From Massalongia carnosa (taxonomy: Eukaryota), in contig OZ287073.1 in assembly GCA_965645245.1 (NCBI GenBank), positions 1,488,001-1,552,000 on the forward strand: DNA of 64,000 nt, given 5' to 3'. A model generated the notes under the pieces. The model did no database searches and was not told where the DNA came from. It saw nothing but the letters and a program-made list of their open reading frames with translations. The first letter of the stretch is position 1. Each line of letters opens with the position of its first letter. Made by a program: the position numbers and the translations under genes. This document shows positions 62,251-64,000 of the stretch, piece after piece.

Positions 62251-64000
62251 GCTAAAGCAGAAACTGGGCAACGGGACAACGGGACACGCGGTGCGAAAAA
62301 TAGTTGACACACCAAAAATATAAAATAATTATGATAGGCTACATCGTTAAGTAATTGAATTTGAACACATAACTCTATTACTCTATCAAGTCTGTTTTAC
62401 TGGTTCATCTGTTGTTGATTTTCTATATTATGTTGAAGCTTTGATAGTTGTGTAGTTTTATGCGTACTGACGAGTTTCAACTTTTTTTCGCACCGCGTGC
62501 GGGACAACGGGACAAACTGGGCAACGGGACTAAGTAATTCCGAAATCATTACTTTTTGTCCACTTTAGATGATGAAGCCATACATTTTACATACAAATTC
62601 AGCTTCAAATATCATAGTAGATCATATTCATCATTTTAAAACGTTATAATCATGGGTGTTGCTAACAAATCACCTCCCACAAGACGTTCACCCCTTCATG
62701 TTTTCACCCCATCTCCACCTATCAACAACGATTGTAATCAGCCTTTTTGGCCTGGAAACAGGCCGATGGAGCTCTTTTCATTACGAAGGCAGCATCTCGA
62801 TATGCTGTTTCAAAGTCTACCCTTCATGCCCACATTCAGGGCCGTCAACCACGATTTAAATCTGATCAGTTTAAACAACTGCTGACACCCGAGGAGGAAG
62901 ACGCTTTGAAGAACTGGGCTTTACAACTGTACGCTTGGGGCTGGCCTGCTAAAATCGCTCAGTTACGTCAGATGGCCGTAGAATTACTGCGAGCAAGGGG
63001 GAATCATACTGTGCTGGGAGTCAATTGGCAACAGTATTTCTTACATCGTCATCCCGATTTGCAGGCTGAATACAGTCGCACACTTGATCAAGAACGATTA
63101 TTCGCGGAGAATGAAGAGATATTTCAGCACTGGTTTGAGCTTTTTCTCTCTACCAAAGAAAAGCACGAAATTCATGATAAAGACATCTACAATATGGACG
63201 AAAAGGAATTCATGATGGGGGTAGCTGGCAGTGCTAAAGTAGTAATTTCTAAGCACGAAAAGCAGGCCTTTTCATTCAGCACAGTCAGATAAGCGAGAAT
63301 GAGTGTCATTGATCGAGTCCATTTGTACTACCGGTCGAAGTTTACCTCTTTTCGTCATCTTCAACGGAGTCAACAAGCAAAAGGCCTGATACGATATTCT
63401 GAAAGACATTTACAGTGAAATCGCTACCAGCAAAACGAATGAACAGACAATGAACTAGGTCTTGATTGATTGAAGAAGTGTTTTGAACCTGCTACTGCAA
63501 ATTATCTACACGGTGAATATCGACTTCTTATAGTAGATGGTCATGCTTCTCATATTTCTACCGAATTCATCAAGTTTTGCAACGAAAAGAAAATAATTCT
63601 TTTGTGTCTACCTCCACATACTACTCATATGTTACAACCTCTAGACGTGAGTGTTTTTGGGCCCTTATCACGTGAGTACAAAAAACAATTGAAGGTCGTC
63701 ACTCGATTCAACGTCTGTTCAGTCGATAAGGTGGATTTTCTGAAGATCGTTCAAAAAGCAAGTAAAGAAGCAATCAACACAAAAAACGTGCTCACTGCAT
63801 GGAGAGCAATCGGATTAGTATAATACAATCCGTCATCAGTTCTTCAAAAACTCACTAATAAACAATCGGTGTTGCAAAAGACTAATAGCATCATCACCAC
63901 TATCACCACGACGAATATCACTTCGTCCTCCCGTTCTAACACTCCGACAACTCTTCAAAATTCTCACGAGGTTATCGTTGAAATTGAAAAGACACCTGCA
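62251..64000 (+). mobile_element. Decayed Fot1-like pogo transposon; runs off the window edge (left end approximate)
   Basis: Terminal AAACTGGGCAACGGGAC / CAACGGGA repeats; transposase fragments STLH, LTPEEE, YNMDEK, DGHASH, QPLDV with multiple stops. Confidence 0.9.
62285..62499. mobile_element. 215-bp MITE with CACGCGG ends and 5-bp TSD
   Basis: 23-bp TIRs CACGCGGTGCGAAAAA(T/A)AGTTGA; CGGGA duplicated at 62280-62284 and 62500-62504; AT-rich non-coding interior. Confidence 0.92.

Overview
A 64-kb window of an intron-containing filamentous ascomycete (Pezizomycotina) genome; Eurotiomycetes-like affinity is only an inference from gene content. The left third (1-22 kb) is an accessory, transposon-rich segment. 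It holds a secreted alpha/beta-hydrolase, a PTH11-like receptor, a small conserved gene and a class II aldolase. It also holds two full-length pogo-type DNA transposons (TA target duplications), a 19-bp TTAGGG-containing tandem array and a solo LTR with a perfect 5-bp TSD. A three-level nest sits here too: a DD38E Tc1/IS630-like transposon inside a probable solo LTR, at the 5' end of an FAD-monooxygenase pseudogene. After an ~8-kb gene-free stretch come mostly housekeeping genes: an Nrg1-like C2H2 TF, CLF1, CK2 beta, a dispersed 5S rRNA, RIC1, TMA20, a hydrolase, a membrane protein, a microbial-type PARG-like protein, an Iec1-like zinc finger, an aldo-keto reductase and SAH1. The window ends in a decayed Fot1-like element carrying a MITE. 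Four observations stand out: (i) a Tc1-like transposon and a 215-bp MITE that both end in CACGCGG and make 5-bp rather than TA target duplications; (ii) a hidden alternative first exon in the CK2-beta intron that mimics the canonical YWxxx|FISS junction; (iii) different mutation contexts (CpC vs CpG) in decayed transposons; (iv) a telomere-motif minisatellite. All calls were made by eye, without database searches.
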